From: Candidatus Acidiferrales bacterium
GTDB taxonomy: Bacteria; Chloroflexota; Dormibacteria; Aeolococcales; Aeolococcaceae
NCBI GenBank assembly: GCA_035534435.1
Contig: DATLRX010000081.1
Location: 15,358-79,357, forward strand
Direction: 5' to 3'
Length of the DNA: 64,000 nt
In this document: in pieces, positions 63,727 through 64,000 of the stretch
Layout: every line of letters begins with the position of its first letter
Position numbering within the stretch: position 1 is the stretch's first letter
The notes under the pieces: model-generated
The model's database searches: none
Seen by the model: the letters and a program-made list of their open reading frames with translations, nothing else
What the model was told of the DNA's origin: nothing
Position numbers and translations under genes: made by a program

Positions 63727-64000
63727 CGCGCCGTGGACGGCGCGGCGACGACGCTCAGGCCGTCCTGGAGACCGCGCTCATCCTGCCGATCCTCCTGCTG
63801 CTCGTCTGCAACTTCATCGGCGTGATGGTGCAGGTCACCGTGCAGCAGCAGCTCAACGCCGCGACGGCGCTCGCGGCGCAGTCGCGGTTTCAGGCGCCCA
63901 ACAACGCGGTTGACCCCGCGGGCACGCGATGCTGCGGCGCAGACGGATCGCGGCTCAGCACCGCCGGGCTCCCGACAGGATGCCGGTACGCCGCGGAGAC
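63723..64000 (+). CDS. Second TadE-like protein, 5' part (runs off the window end)
   Basis: GTG 63723 (GTGA overlap with the previous stop). The translation (VTRRGRRGDDAQAVLETALILPILLLLVCNFIGVMVQV...) fits the TadE N-terminal pattern. Not in the ORF track because it has no stop in the window. Confidence 0.55.
   Translation, partial: MTRRGRRGDDAQAVLETALILPILLLLVCNFIGVMVQVTVQQQLNAATALAAQSRFQAPNNAVDPAGTRCCGADGSRLSTAGLPTGCRYAAE

Overview
Very GC-rich, densely coding chromosomal segment. It starts in the 3' part of dnaA, so it is the origin-proximal ~63 kb of one replichore of a high-GC bacterium. My guess is Actinomycetota- or Chloroflexota-like, based on TTGTCCACA-type DnaA boxes, an InhA-type FabI, a DUF721/DciA gene, Tad pilins and a DUF2029 membrane protein. 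I can support about 65 protein genes, one tRNA-Lys(CTT), a probable oriC in the dnaA-dnaN spacer and a few small regulatory inverted or direct repeats. I saw no rRNA, CRISPR array, transposase, integrase or prophage.

Most genes are housekeeping or metabolic:
- dnaN and recF
- folK-folP
- acyl-CoA enzymes
- fabI-fabF
- uppP and purA
- a complete hutHUGI operon
- two tandem GAF-GGDEF-EAL proteins
- two OmpR-type regulators, one with a kinase
- a VapBC pair
- the start of a Tad pilus locus

Candidate new systems, all inference from motifs and gene order:
1. 18.1-23.4 kb holds a zf-HC2 (HxxxCxxC) anti-sigma-like protein. It is divergent from an operon encoding a Upf1-like helicase with a zinc ribbon and poly-Arg tail, a cysteine-less glutaredoxin-PDZ fusion, a minimal ECF sigma factor, and Ogt translationally coupled to that sigma.
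2. 51.2-53.0 kb holds a CPBP intramembrane protease overlapping a secreted Asp-box protein with a Pro-rich/TM/basic C-terminal tail. A second protein with the same tail lies at 44.4-45.7 kb. Together they could form a sorting dyad.
3. recF-DUF721 is inverted relative to dnaA-dnaN and sits in a head-on, translationally coupled operon with envelope genes.
4. Two orphan beta-class DNA methyltransferases lie about 2 kb apart.

Limits: no database search, structure prediction or statistics were possible. Many start codons are uncertain. The long antisense ORFs in the track are treated as GC-driven shadow ORFs.
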